DNA of 64,000 bases from assembly GCF_036321535.1 (NCBI RefSeq), contig NC_087436.1, positions 25,856,001 through 25,920,000 on the forward strand, read 5' to 3'. Numbering within the stretch: the first letter of the stretch is position 1; each line of letters starts with the position of its first letter. The notes beneath the pieces were generated by a model. The model had not been told where the DNA came from, ran no database searches, and was given only the letters and a program-made list of their open reading frames with translations. The DNA comes from Camelus dromedarius (Eukaryota). Both the position numbers and the translations under genes were made by a program. Below are positions 13,424 through 26,500 of the stretch, one piece after another.

Positions 13424-14222
13424 CTTTACATCTTTATCTATAAATCCTGAGTATTTTCTTTATATTTTTATTTGTATGTTGAGTATGCTTATTTAAAAGA
13501 CATTCATTCAAGGAATAACACAGCAATTAACACCAGGATGGCAGAGAATTCAACCCCTAGTAGGCCTTGAGGCTCAAGATGTCAGGAGATTTGACTTCTA
13601 GTAGGACTTGAGCTTCATAATATGCTCATTGTAACATACCAGCATGATAAATAACATGCCCACAGGTGCCATGACAGCCCCAAGGCTAGTCACAAAAGGT
13701 CAAAGTGTGGAAATGGCCAACTTCCTGGGAATCCCAGCCCCTTGCCTAGGGTAGTTAGGCTGGTCCTTCCACTTAATAGCATATAAAGCTACCAAGCCCA
13801 TAAAAACTGGCAACACAGCACCTCGAGCATGCCTTTTTGGCTCCCTCCTCTTTGGAGACAGCCGCAATTTGTCTGTGGTGTGTATACCTGCTTTTACTCT
13901 AACCTGAGCATCCATCCCCCACACCTCCTGGCCTTTCTCTTGCCTTCTGAAACAGCCTATACTCTCTGCAGCATGTATCTCTCTAAATAAATCTGCTGTT
14001 ACTCAACTGTGGCTCATTCTTGAATTCTTTCCTGCGTGAAGCCAAGGACCCATACCTGGTGGGGCACGTCCCAGTGACTCAACGGTGACCGGGGACACGA
14101 CCCTCCCCATGCCCCAGACCCGTTTTTCCTGCATCACTTTTACATCTTTGTCTACAAATCCCAGAATGTTTTCTTTATATTTTTATTTGTATGTTGAGTA
14201 TGCTTATTTAAAAGACATTCAT
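13424..14222 (+). repeat. ~85-bp direct repeat (13424-13507 and 14137-14222) flanking the LTR
   Basis: Both copies end in the identical TTTTCTTTATATTTTTATTTGTATGTTGAGTATGCTTATTTAAAAGACATTCAT; the first ~30 bp differ at several sites. Confidence 0.95.
13508..14136 (+). mobile_element. ERV1 LTR (MER41-like), 5'-truncated solo LTR
   Basis: TATA (CATATAAAG ~13780), AATAAA (~13986), U5 motif TTCTTGAATTCTTTCCTGCGTGAAGCCAAGGACC and end TCCTGCATCA. The expected 5' TG terminus is missing. Confidence 0.85.
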
Positions 14223-14559
14223 ATGTAACTTTCACATAAATACCTAACAATTTGTGCATAATCTGAATAAACAGGAAATAGGAGAAATTTTCTTCCTATC
14301 TTTCATTTAAAAGGACATATACCATTTAAAAATAAAGGATTACCTGAAAGTCCATATACTAAGACTTGTGACTTCCTGACTCCTTCTCTTGATCATCAGA
14401 ATGTTCACAAATAAATTTAATTCTCACAGACGGGAGAGAAAAGAGTCTTACTTCAGGTTCTATCAGCCTGTAGGTACATAAGTTGCACTCATGCCCAAAG
14501 AATTTCCAATCCTCCTTTTGGTGCACTAATCATAAAAATTAGTGAATAACTGGGAATCA

Positions 14560-16170
14560 TTAATTTGAGGAAAGATCTTTCAGGAATGATAGAGATCAAA
14601 ATATAAAACAGGAAAAAGTAAAAAGGAACTTTGAGAAAACAAACAATCAGGGGTAAAAAATTTCAAATAATTTATTAATGTACTCAGAGAAATAAAGAGA
14701 AGAAAGCCTAAGCTATGAAACAAAATGAGTATTCAGAGAGCTGAAAAGAACTCTTGGGGAAAATATAACTGCGTGTGTTATGTATGTGTATGTTCAGAAA
14801 TTTCTTGAAAATACTCATTTGAGAGGCTGGAAAATAAAACTGAAAAAGCATCCTAGAAAATTGGAAAATTGAAAAACTGATGAGAAATAGTTGTGAGAAG
14901 TTAAGAAAATTCGAGGATCAGTAATTCCATTACCTGAAAAAAGTATTTCCAAAATGAAACAGAGAGAAAAAAGAGAGGTGTAAAAATAGCAAAGAAATTA
15001 TTCAAGAAAATTTCTCAAAGGAGTAGAACATGTTTCCTAGACTCAAGGAAACCACCTGGTGCCCGGTGCCACCTCTATCAAAGCATATCATATTGACATT
15101 CTGGAATACCGAAGTTTGACAAAGGAGGGCCCTAAAAGCTTCCAGAGAAAAAGAAAGTAGAGGTCACAGGAAAAGGATCAGGAATCAGAATGGCAGTAGA
15201 TATCTCAACAGTGGCAAGGCAACCAGGAGAAAATAAAAAGCAACATCTTCGAAGTTCTGAAGGAAATTGTGTTTCTAAAGTATAATTGTGTACTCATTCA
15301 ACTATCAAACAAATATGATGGTAGGAAACTTTATTCAGACATGCATAGCCTCAAAAACATTTTCACTGTCTCTTTTCTCAGCAAGAGACTGGTTGAGGGA
15401 CTCCAGCAAAATAAAAGATGTAAACCAAGGAAGAAAAAAAAAAGAAACCTACGTGCCCTAGGAAGAAGATTTAAGGCAAAAAGAGGAGAAAGGGGTCTGA
15501 AGGATGATAGAGATAGATACTTGAAGTGGGACAACGGAGCCACAGACCTCGGGAGCAGTCAGCCCAGACTGGAGACTTTCAGCCACCCTGATAAATATTT
15601 CTCTAACAGATCAAGTCAGCCAAATATCTGATGTGTTTGAATGTATCAAGGAAAGGTTAATACTAATGGAAGAGATTTTGGCATAAATTAGTGATTTAAT
15701 TCTCAGATTGCTAAGCAAATTATAAGATAATTGCCGTCAAAACCAAAGTTCTGCCAGAAGGGAAACACCATCCTGATACATAGGAAGGCTAAACTGTGAC
15801 CAGTCTTCATACCTTTAGTTGCCATAATTTAAATGCTGAATACTAATTAAACTAATAAAATTCTAAATATATTTTGAAAAGGAGGCAAGCAGAAGTGTGA
15901 AGTGTGTGTGGTGTGTGTAAGTGCACACACAGGCAGTGGTTTGAAACATGGCAAAAAAGAGAGAATTGAGTCCTTAATTTTTATAGGAGGAAGCGAATAG
16001 ATATTGGCTTTAAAAAAACCTCAGAGTAGCACTGTAAGCATATTATTTATAGAGACAGAGATAAATGTCTAAAGAAAGAGCTGAAAGAATGAGATGAGAA
16101 CACGTGACTGTCATTGCTCTTAATAGGCTTAATGGATCCTTTTGATTGTTGAAACTATGTTAAAAATAAA
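14560..16170 (+). mobile_element. HAL1 / ancient L1 ORF1 remnant
   Basis: ORF1-like motifs: AAAGAAATTATTCAAGAAAATTTCTCA, CCTAAAAGCTTCCAGAGA, GGATCAGGAATCAGAATGGCAGTAGATATCTCAACAG, CAACATCTTCGAAGTTCTGAAGGAA. Confidence 0.8.
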
Positions 16171-16589
16171 AATTAAATTAAAGAAAAAGAATGGGTATGA
16201 GATATCAATATTTGGTATTACTGAATAATATTAAGTTATCTCTAAGGTATTGCCCTTACAGAAATGTCATTTTTCAAAAGAATAATTAAACTCTCCATGA
16301 AATTTGGCAGCTGCTTTTAAAAGAATCTTCTACAACTATATTTCTAACTGGGTATGTTTCTCCAGTGTTTGCAAAATTCAGGCCACAGTTAACTGCTTTG
16401 ATAGCCATAGTAATAAAGCCAGCTTCTTAATTTAAATCATAGAATTTTAGATCCCTATTAAAAGAAACATTTGAAATGATATATCCAGCCTCTTTCTTTT
16501 AGAGATGAGGAAACTAAGGACCAATGGAATTAGTGACAGAAATGGAACTATTTTCAATTAATTTAAAAAATGCGTCAATAAGTATGAAT

Positions 16590-16810
16590 AGAAAGGATCA
16601 TAATATAGATGCTATGGAATCAGACTGATCTGGTTTCACATTCTTTTTCTACTCCTTATCAGCTAGATAATATCTGGCAATTTATTTAATCACTCTCAAC
16701 ACTCTGGTTCCTCATTTTAGAAATGAGAGATGATAACTTACTGGATTAAATGAGATAAAGTAAATGAAATTTAACCCAGAATATAATGCTCAACAAATTA
16801 TAGCTTTATC
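16590..16810 (+). mobile_element. MIR SINE (a second minus-strand MIR piece lies at ~16430-16550)
   Basis: GCTATGGAATCAGACTGATCTGG...GGCAATTTATTTAATCACTCTC...GTTCCTCATTTTAGAAATG...GGATTAAATGAGATAA. Confidence 0.8.
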
Positions 16811-17019
16811 ACCGACAGAGCTAAGAGTATATATCTGTGATGTGGGTAAAATATAGGAGAGTTTTGTTCTAATTAGGATGACCATAAAGTTTATCATGCA
16901 AAGTAGGCTCCTGAGAATGTGAATGAAGGTGCTATTAGCAATAATGGCCAGACCACAGGTTTTTGTGTTTTGTTATTGTTTTTGGCATTTCCTGGTAGTT
17001 ACTTTAATTACAGATTTTG

Positions 17020-17730
17020 TTACAGTTTTATTGAGATATAAATAACAAATAAAATTGTGAGATATTTAAAGAGTACAATATGATGATTTGATGATATATG
17101 TATACATTGTGAAAGGATTTTCCCCAAGAGAATTAACTATGCAATACAGGATTTTAGCAACTATGGTCACAATGTTATACATTAGATTTGTAGACCTTAT
17201 TCAACTTATAACTGATTGTTTGTACCCATTTATCAAACTTTCCTATTTCCCTTGAGTCCCTAGCAATCGCTTTTCTACCCTCTGTTTCTGTGAATTAGAT
17301 ACTTTTTTCTTTTTTTAGACTCCACATATAAGAGATACCATACAGTGTTTATTTTCCCCTGCCTGGCTTATTTCACTTAGCATAATGCCCTTAAGATCCA
17401 TTTGTGTTGTCACAAATGACAGGATTTCCTTTTTTTTTTTTTTTGTAATGCTGAGTAATATTTCATTGTATGTGTGTGTATGTATATATATATATAAATA
17501 TACATATATATATGTATGTGTGTGTGTGTGTGTGTATATATATATGCCATTTTCTTTATCCATTCATCCATCAATAGACACTTAAGTTGTTTCCATACCT
17601 TGACTGTTGTGAATAATGCTGCTATGAACATGGGAGTACAGATATCTCCTCAAGAAAATGATTTCTTTTCCTTTGGATATAAACCCAAAAATGAGATTGC
17701 TGGATTGTATGGTAGTTCTAATTTTCATTT
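17020..17730 (-). mobile_element. L1 3' end fragment (L1MA-type) containing a TA/TG microsatellite
   Basis: Minus ORFs [28 protein letters not shown] and EILSFVTTQMDLKGIMLSEISQ are L1 ORF2 C-terminus/3' UTR signatures. Confidence 0.9.
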
Positions 17731-17739
17731 TTAAACAAG

Positions 17740-19328
17740 GATTTAATTGACATATTATATTTGTTTTCAGTGTACAACATAATGCTTCAATATTTGTGTA
17801 TACAGTATTGAGAAATGGTCACTACACTAAGTCTAGTCAATATCCATCACTATACAGTTACAAAAATTCTTTTTCTTGTGATGAGAACCTTTAAGATCTA
17901 CTCTCTCAGTAACTTGAAATATACAATACAGTATTATTAACTATTGTCACCATGTTCTACACTACATCACGATGACTTATTTATTTTATAACTGGAAGTT
18001 TGTTCCTTTTGACCACCTTCACCCATTTTACTCATCCTCTGACTCTCTGCCTCTGGCAACCATCAATCTGTTCTCTGTGTCTATGTGTTCATTTTTGTTG
18101 TTGTTGCTGTTGTTTTAAATTTCATATATATTGAGATATAGTATTTGTCTTTCCTTATCTGACATTTCACGTAGCATGATGCCCTCAAGATCCATGCATG
18201 TTGTTGAAAATGGCAATATTTCCTTCTTGGTTATGGATGAGTAATATTCATATAATATTCATATATATCACATCTTCTTTACTCATTCAGCCACTAATCG
18301 ACACCACATAGCTTGCTTCCATGTCTTGGCTATTGTAAATAATGTTACAATGAACACAGGGATGCATATACCCTTTTGCATTAGTGTTTTTATGTTCCTT
18401 GAATAAATAACCAGAGGTGGAATTGCTGGATCATACGGTATTTTACTATTAACTGCTTGAGGAAACATACTGTTCTCCATATTGACTGTACCAGTTTACA
18501 TTCCCATCAACAGTACATAAGAGTTCTCTTTCTCCACATCTTCTTCAGCATTTGTCATCTCTTGGACTTTTTGATAATAGATATCCTAACAAGTGTGAGG
18601 TAGTATCTCACGGTGGTTTTGATTTGAAATTTCCCTGATGATTAGTGATATTGAGCACCTTCCATGAACCTGTTGGCCATCTGTATATCTTCTTTGGAAA
18701 AATGTCTGTTTAGGTACTTTGCTCATTTTTAAATTGTCATTTTTGTTGTTCTTGAGTTGTATGAGTTCCCTGTATATTTTAGATATTAACTTCTTATTGA
18801 ATACATGGTTTTCAAATATTTTCTTCCATTTCATAGGTTCATTTTTCATTTTGTTCACAGTCTCCTCTGCTGGGTAGAAGCTTTTTAGTTTGATGAAGTC
18901 CCACTTTATTTTCACTTTGTAACCTTTGTTTCTGGTGTCAAATTCAAATAATCTCTACGAAAACCAATGTCAAGGAGCTCTTTCCCTATGTTTTCTTGTA
19001 AGATTTTTATGGATTCAGCTCTTAAATTCAAGTCTTTAATCCATTTGTCTTCATTTTTGTGTATAGTGCAAGATAGAGGTGTTTCATTCTTTTTCCTTGT
19101 GGCTATTCAGTTTTCCCAACAACATTCATTGAAGAAACTATCCTTTCCTCATTGCATATTCTTGGTTCTTTGTCAAATATTAGTTGGCCATGGGTTTATT
19201 TCTGGGCTATCTATTCTGTTCCATTGATCTATGTGTCTGTTTATTTATGCCAATACTATACTGTTTTGATAACTATAGCTTTGGAATATAGTTTTAAATC
19301 AGGATATTTGATGTCTCCAGCTTTGTTC
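17740..19328 (-). mobile_element. L1 3' portion (ORF2 C-terminal half plus 3' UTR)
   Basis: Minus ORFs WDFIKLKSFYPAEETVNKMK and IPYDPAIPPLVIYSR match L1 ORF2; has its own 3' UTR ending at ~17740. Confidence 0.92.
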
Positions 19329-19797
19329 CAAACCAGAAAGGAAGAAGTAAAATTGTCTCTATTTTAAGATGACATATTATTATATATAGAAAACCCTAAA
19401 GACCAAAAACTGTTAAAACCAATAAAAAATTCCGTGAAGTTTAGGATACAAAATCAACATATAAAAATTAGTTGTATTTCTATACACCAACAACAAACTA
19501 TCTGAAAAAGAAATGAAGAAAACAATCCCACTTACAATAGCATCAAAAAGAGTAAATCCCCTTGAAATGAATTTAATTAGGAAGTGAAATACCTGTACAC
19601 TGAAGAATACAAGATATTGATGAAAGAGACTGAAGACAATACAAATAAATGGAAAGGTATTCTATGCTCATGGATTGGAGGAATTAATATTGTTAAAATG
19701 TTTCAATGCAATACCTAACAAAATTCAAATGGCATTTTTCACATAAATAGAAAAACAATCCTAAAATTTGTATGGAACCACAAAAGACCCTGAATAT
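19329..19797 (+). mobile_element. Inverted 5' segment of the same L1 (RT C-terminal region)
   Basis: Reads KEEVKLSLF*DDILLYIENPKD...KFVWNHKRP*I, the ORF2 segment directly upstream of NKAG, where the minus piece begins. Confidence 0.9.
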
Positions 19798-19859
19798 CCA
19801 GAACACAGATTTAAATCAGACAAACTGGGATGTTAAGAGATTCTTGCTGTGATGTAATT

Positions 19860-22800
19860 GAATTTATACATAAAACATACAAGCAAATCTCTGTGGGCAA
19901 AATGAAGGCCATCTGAGTGGTAAGAGAGGAACAGAGAAAGTAACTGAAACAAGCTGGTAGCACAATTGCCAAGTACTTCACCAACAGTAACTCTGGAAAA
20001 TGTTCCAGTCAACGAAAAAGGTCTTGAAAGTGAGATAATTTAGACACTTGAAAGATAGAGGAGAACAAAGCCTACAAAGTCAGTGGAGTTGTCTGAGTAC
20101 TGCCAAGTTGCCTTGATGGCATGCAGAATGAAAATGAGAAGCTGAAGACCAGCAATTAAAGGCTACAGGCAAGATTCAGAGTGGTATTTTAGTGGCTTTA
20201 AAAGTTGCTTTTCTTTCTTGGAGAAGAACAAACACAGCTGAGCAGAAAACTGAAAATTGCAGGGCTCTAGAAACATTTAAATGCTCTGCTGAAGATCTGT
20301 TATGCTAAGGTCAAATCCTGGTTGGAAGAACTTTGGACCCTGAGATATGAGGTGGAAATATCTGTGTTTTTGCCCCAAGGATGTTGTCTCTGGAGACCCT
20401 CCCCATCCCTCAGAGCTGGCATAAGTGCTCACCTTTCCCTAGAAAGAATTAGCATATCTGTGCCAAAGACACTGAAGAAGCTTCCTCCTCTCAGAACAGC
20501 AGTTAGAGGAGCTTCCTTAAGGAGTGGTCCCCATTTCCTCTCTTGGACACTGGACCAATACCTTGGTGATAGAGGAAGAAAGAGATTATATTCCCAAGGA
20601 GCTGTAAAAAATAGCTAGCATGTACAAGAGTCAAGAAACTACCTCCGAGGCTGGAATCTAATCAAGGGATTCAGAATATAAGACAGGATAAAGAAGAATT
20701 CAGTGATTTAGAGCAGTCCCTGGGGACACAGGATTTAACACCCTGACAAAGACCCTGGAGGAAGGGGTAAACCCACTGCTCTTGTGACTTTTAGAGGCCT
20801 GGAAAAAGCAATGGGTCATTTCTGAGTCATGTCAAAATGACTGAGTTGCCCTGGCAGAGAGCAGAGAAAAGCATGAAAAAGTCTACTTCCATAAAAGGAA
20901 ATAGACATGTGGCAATGGATGTATTATGTTAAGTCAAAAAAAGCACTACAAGATTACGTGTCCCAGAGGACACACAAAGAGTGAGTTGTTTCAAGGAGCA
21001 CAAGCATCACTATCAAGTTCATTTGTCCTGCAGACAAGGACTATGAGTAGGAAAGGAGGTCAGTCATAGAGCTGAATCCTACATGGGGCTGATCGGGCCC
21101 TGAATTAGCAAAGACCAGATGGCATCACTTAACCACAGAATGGGCCAGGAAACTAAAATTGTCATAAGAAGCAGTAAGGTAGAAAAACAACTGACCCACA
21201 AAGAACTGTGGAAATGGTTTACAGAATATGGTGTTCTGGGGGAACAGGAACAAGACAGACAGGCAGCCAAAAGTAATATCTACACCTAGAATAAGGCAAA
21301 AATTAGAGGAGCTAGAAACTGAAAATATGATTTTCTGTTTAGAATTCTGTCCTGAGCCAATTTTTAAACTTGAATCTATTGACTGAACTGGTCTCTAGAT
21401 TTCTAAGTTGGAAGAACTTACAAGACTGCAGTGAATATGGACAGTAATGATTTCTCCAGGCCGTGCCCAAAGGAAATGATGGACATTTACTCAAGTACTC
21501 TGGAGAAAGTGGTTCTTATACATTTTGAAGATTATTGGACAAAAAGTCTGAGTTGGCGTTGATACCTGGAGACTCACCGTATCATTATGATCCCACTCTT
21601 AGAATGGAGATTTATGGGGCCAGGCAGTAAATGGAGTCCGAGCTGAAGTCCAGCTAACATTGGGCCACCTTAGTCTATAGGATATTACACTGATCCATTA
21701 AAGCAGTGACATCAGGTTGATCAAGAGGTGGCTAAATTATTTAGAGCCCTGTTGTACCACACATATGCTCCAGGGGGTGGAAAATAAACTCTCTTAAGAT
21801 GTCCTGCCACTTAAGTTAGTTTTTATTTGCAGGCATATCAGTCCCTAACCACAATGAATGAAACACAGCCCTTGATAGACCTCTTTGAGTTCTTGAGGCA
21901 ACATATTCCAGATCTAGGAATACTGCTCCAGCCCGACATGCTGGGTGACACAGACTTGAGTGTCAGAGGCTATCCAATTTTGAGTGGCACCTGGAGCACA
22001 AAAGGGCTTTATGGCAGGTCTCAGGTATAAGGCAAGCTGTTATACCTCTGGGTCCATGTGACACCTTAAGCCCTATGGTGCTAGAGATGTCCATCACTGA
22101 AAAACAATACAGTATGTAGTATCTGTCAAGCCCCCATAAAAAAAATCACAACAAAGTCCCCTGAGACTGGAAAAACCCAACCCATCCTGAGTAGAGTTTT
22201 AAGCACCTTTCTAGGAGTAGCTCTTCGCATGCTGCTGGGATTCTGCACAGATGGAACACTAGATGATAGGCCACCAAATGACCATGTATACAGGGCTGCT
22301 CCTATGATCTAGGTTATTTTAGATGCTCTGCTATGGTCTGAACACTTTTCCCCCCAAAATTCATATGTTAAAATCCTAACTTCTGATTGTTATGGCATTA
22401 TGAGGTAAAGCCTTTGGGAGGTGATTAGGTCATGAGGGTGGAACCGTCATGAATGGGATTAGTGCTATTATAAAAGAGACTCCAGAGAGATCCCAGCCCC
22501 TCCCATCATGTAAGGATACAATGAGAAGTCTGTAACCTGGAAGAGGGCCCTCATCCAACCAGGCTGCTACCCTGATCTCAGACTTCCAGTCTCCAGAATT
22601 GTGAGAAATAAATTTCTGTTGTTTACAAACTATCCATTCAGTGGTATTTTGTTATAGTAGTCCGAACCGACTAAGACAATCTTCAAGTCATGAAAGTTGG
22701 GTAGGATGAAATGGCAGTTCATCCTAAAATGGAAATAGTATATCTGAGATTGAGCAGGAAGAATAGCCATGGATAAACTGAGTGAGCAGGGATTCCAGAC

Positions 22801-23160
22801 CCCCCAGGTCACCCACCACAGTTTTACCAGAGTCTCTACCCCAGATTAGACGGTAGGAAGTCCATATCAGTAGCTAACAGAGGTGGAAAATTCCCAATTT
22901 CTCATTTATGTATAGGCCAGTTCGATTTGAAGGCAAATGCAAAGAATGGATGAAAGCTACATGACAGTCACATTCAGGGGTGATTCTGAAAGCCATTCAG
23001 GAAATACCTTCCCACTGGGCAGAACTGTGAGTAGTGCACCTGGCCATCTACTTTATACAGAAGAAAGAGTGGCTCAAGGTGAGACTATGTGCAGATTTTT
23101 AACAGTGACCAATGACTTGACTGGTCAAGGGCCTGAAAGGAAAATTACTGGAACATAAGA
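19860..23160 (+). mobile_element. ERVL (ERV3-16A3_I-like) internal region with gag and pol remnants
   Basis: Gag-like decayed motifs at 20650-20830 (QG.QNIR.DKEEFSDL, GFNTL, LEAWKK). RNase H-like HWAEL*VVHLAIYF..KEWLKVRL at ~23010-23150. Confidence 0.8.
22329..22678 (+). mobile_element. MLT1A-like MaLR solo LTR inserted in the ERVL internal region
   Basis: TGCTATGGTCTGAA...CCCCCAAAATTCATATGTT...GTGAGAAATAAATTTCTGTTGTTTA...TTTGTTATAG...GACTAAGACA; 350 bp. Confidence 0.92.
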
Positions 23161-23361
23161 CATCTAAATGTTATAGTTTACTGAGGACTCAATATTCACA
23201 ATTACATACCTTTCAACTTGAGAGGAAAGGGAGACCTAAGCATTTTCTCAATGTTAAAAGAAATTTCCTTTAAAAATTTTCAAACTTTTCAGTTTAGATT
23301 TTAAAATATGTATCTTTAAGTATAATATAACTTTCCAGCTATAAATGATGGCATTTTTCTT

Positions 23362-23397
23362 TTGTGTGTGTGTGTGTGTGTGTGTTGTGTGTGTATG
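23362..23397. repeat. (TG)n microsatellite
   Basis: Interrupted TG run. Confidence 0.9.
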
Positions 23398-25385
23398 TAA
23401 GAAGAAAAATTAATAAACCGAAGTTTTTCCTCCTTTTGATAGAAAAAGACAGTTGCCATAAACAACCACATGCCAATTTCTTCCGTTATGAAATCTTGAA
23501 AAGGAAAATGCCAGAGTGTGACGGCATATATGTTGCCACTAAATTCTTTAATTTTCACATTTCCTCATGGTGCTTAGTATTTTCCTGTAACCAGCCACTG
23601 TAGAGTGGGATCTCAGTGATCCAAAAAATTAGGCTTGCCTCAAAATGCTTATTAATATCAGGGTTTCTTTGAGCATCTGTTAAAGTTTCAGTTTTTTTAA
23701 CTTTACTTCTCTGGTTAATTTAATTTTTTATTAGTCAGGAGCATTATTTTCAGGCTTTCAGAGATGACATATCTACAATATTTTATGAAATCAGCCTTGT
23801 TTTCTGTATAACAGATGGGAAATCACATATTTTTCAAAGCATTTTCATCCTCAGGGTATATATTTCTATACAATCTGATTATCCATCATTGTGACAGACA
23901 AAGGAGATATTTTCTCAAAAAATAGTTATTTGCTTTAGATGCCTAATATAAAGGTACCTAATGTGAAATATTTGAGCTTTCTTTCAAACCTTAAATGTAG
24001 TAATTCCTGTTAAGTACTGAAATCACTATACAGGCAGGCTTTTGTTACTACACTGGAGATACCTGATCACTGTTTTTCTATTTTAAGAAAAGAAACCAAA
24101 CTATTACAGTGGCATAACTGGTCTTCTAATAGTCATTCTCCCTATTAAGCTTTCAATCCTATTGCTTCCTAACTAAACTTCCTAAAGTGTACTTCCAAAG
24201 CTTTTAATGACATCTTCATGTATCATACTTAGGGATAAAGCTCTTAGCATGACATTCAAGGATCCATAAGAAATATCCTCAGCCCACATTTCCCCAGCCA
24301 CATTTATTAATATTGAGTATTTTATGTGATAGGCAAGTAGGGAAATTGAGTTCCTTATTTTTTCTACCGTCCTTAAAACTTAGCCAGTGTCTTAGATTTC
24401 CGCGTTTCTTCAGTAATACCTACCACAATGTGTAGGATATAATGGGAATATCAATGTCATGACTACCTTTTTAAGTGCATGAAAACACTATTACAAAAAT
24501 GTAGATAACTTAATGAAATATAAAAACCTCAAATCCGCATCCCATTTCTTGCCTAAGATTCAGTATTCTGATTAAAGAACACTTTGGTGGGAGATGGAGC
24601 ATCTTCAGAAGGGGAAAACGTGTGTTTTTGAACATACTTATTTGAGAATAATGGTTAAGTACAATTGAAAGAGAACTCTCCATTATAATCAGATGTTTTA
24701 TGGGTAGAACTGTCTTTTGAGACCTGTTTGGGAAAATTAAAAGTTCACAATGGTACTTCATAGAAAAAAAGCTTCTGAGTTCTATATGGTTAAATTAAAA
24801 GAAAAAATATTTAATAAAACCTTTTTTATAATATGGGAATTGTCTATGTTTTCAGTAACACCTATACCCAGAGGATTATATTTTAATTTAGAGAGAGTCT
24901 TATATGCTATTTTTGTCATAGATCATATGACAGAGCCAACTGGGAAGTATGTCTACACACTATTTGGGAAGCAAAGAGAGTTCAGGTTCTTTGCAGCATG
25001 CTCACAGCTCTTCATGAAATCTTATTAGTGTATGTTTGGATGGTGCTTCATCTCCTTTCTACATCAGTAAAGTATCATACCAATCCTCACAAACATAAAT
25101 GCTTATCCACTTTTTTATTCACCATATATTTTTTTGACTCCCTTCATACTGAAGATGAATGAAAGAGTAAGATGCTCTTTGCACAAAGCAGCTTCTAGAA
25201 CACTGTGGTAATCAAACAAATATAGACACAAGTTCATGGCAGTTCAAGAGAGTAAATTCAATAGTAAGAAGCATGCACAATGTAAGGACTGTCACAAATA
25301 TGGTAGTAATTAACTCTCTCTATGAGTGTGAAGAAGCTTTTCTAGCTATCCATGCCAGGCTGATGAAGTATGAGTGTGAAAGAAA

Positions 25386-25445
25386 GTGTGTGTGTGTGTG
25401 TGTGTGTGTGTCTGTGTACAAAACTATTCTTAACTGAAGAAATAC

Positions 25446-25489
<44 letters not shown>
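25386..25489. repeat. Adjacent (TG)n and (TA)n microsatellites
   Basis: TG run at ~25386-25411 and TA run at ~25452-25488. Confidence 0.95.
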
Positions 25490-25492
<3 letters not shown>

Positions 25493-25529
25493 GAATGGGT
25501 GTATAATGTATCTATTCTACTAAAACTTA

Positions 25530-26500
25530 AAGTAAGTTTAAAAGACATGAGGTAAGAAATTTAGATAGGGACCATATCAAAGAAAGCTTTTATAAGCAAA
25601 CTAAGGAGTTTGGGCTTTTAAGTATAAGAAACTAGGGGTCATAAGCATTGTAAGCAGGAGACTCAAGTTAAGGTGTGTGTTTTAGAGGAATCACTTCTGT
25701 GGCCATGGGAAGAATAAAGGAGGAGAGGACAAGACAATAAGCAGGAGGGTATGAAAGAATTTGCAAGAGAGCTGATGAGAGACTGTGTTAATATTTGAAA
25801 GAAAAGACTAATGGATAGACTTGATAAATAGGAAGGGAGAGTCACTGATAATAATTTGATGTAGGGAAAACAACTAGAGAAGATTCTGGCATGACTCTTA
25901 AGTTTCTGTTTGGGAATTAGAAAGAGCCACCAAAAAGAGCACTCAAGAAAAATAACAAATTCAGGGAAAATATGATTAGCTGAATTCAGAAGATGATGCA
26001 CTTAAAATGTTTCTCAGAAATCTAGGTCAATATTCAGTGAATTATTTAATATCTACCTACTAAGCTCCATAAACATTAATAGGAGTGGTCTGGGTTAGAA
26101 AAAGACATTTAGTAGCTATTGTTGAAAAGGTTGGGTCAAAATTATAAAAGGATTGTTAATGCTAAATAAAAAATATTTTAAAGCATCAGTCACAAAGACA
26201 TCAATATCAAAGAGAAAGACAGAGGATCAAATTAAAAAAATCTAAGAGAATAAAAAGAGAGGTAGAAGACTGAGGAGAACACACCATTATGGCATCTGTG
26301 GCTTCACAATATTTAAAAAGAAGACTGTTAAACTCTCCTGAAATTTCAAGTATGACAAAGAGAAATTTACAGTAAATTAGCAATCAGATCATTGTACACC
26401 TTTACCAGCAGGGTTGGAGCATATGTTAGCCTGCAATGACCTATGAATTGTGGGTGGGAACATGAAAAGTATTCTTGCAAGAGGTGTGCCTGAGATGGAA
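25530..26500 (-). mobile_element. Degenerate L2 LINE
   Basis: Antisense L2 motifs such as AAGGAGTTTGGGCTTTT, GTGTTTTAGAGGAATCACT and GCATGACTCTTAAGTTTCTGTTTGGG. Confidence 0.6.

Larger units (their letters stand above)
16874..19840 (+). mobile_element. MER81-like hAT element split by an L1 insertion (halves ~16874-16960 and ~19798-19840)
   Basis: TAGGATGACCATAAAGTTTATCATGCAAA...GGTGCTATTAGCAATAATGGCCAGACCACAGG resumes as CCAGAACACAGATTTAAATCAGACAAACTGGGATG. Confidence 0.7.
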
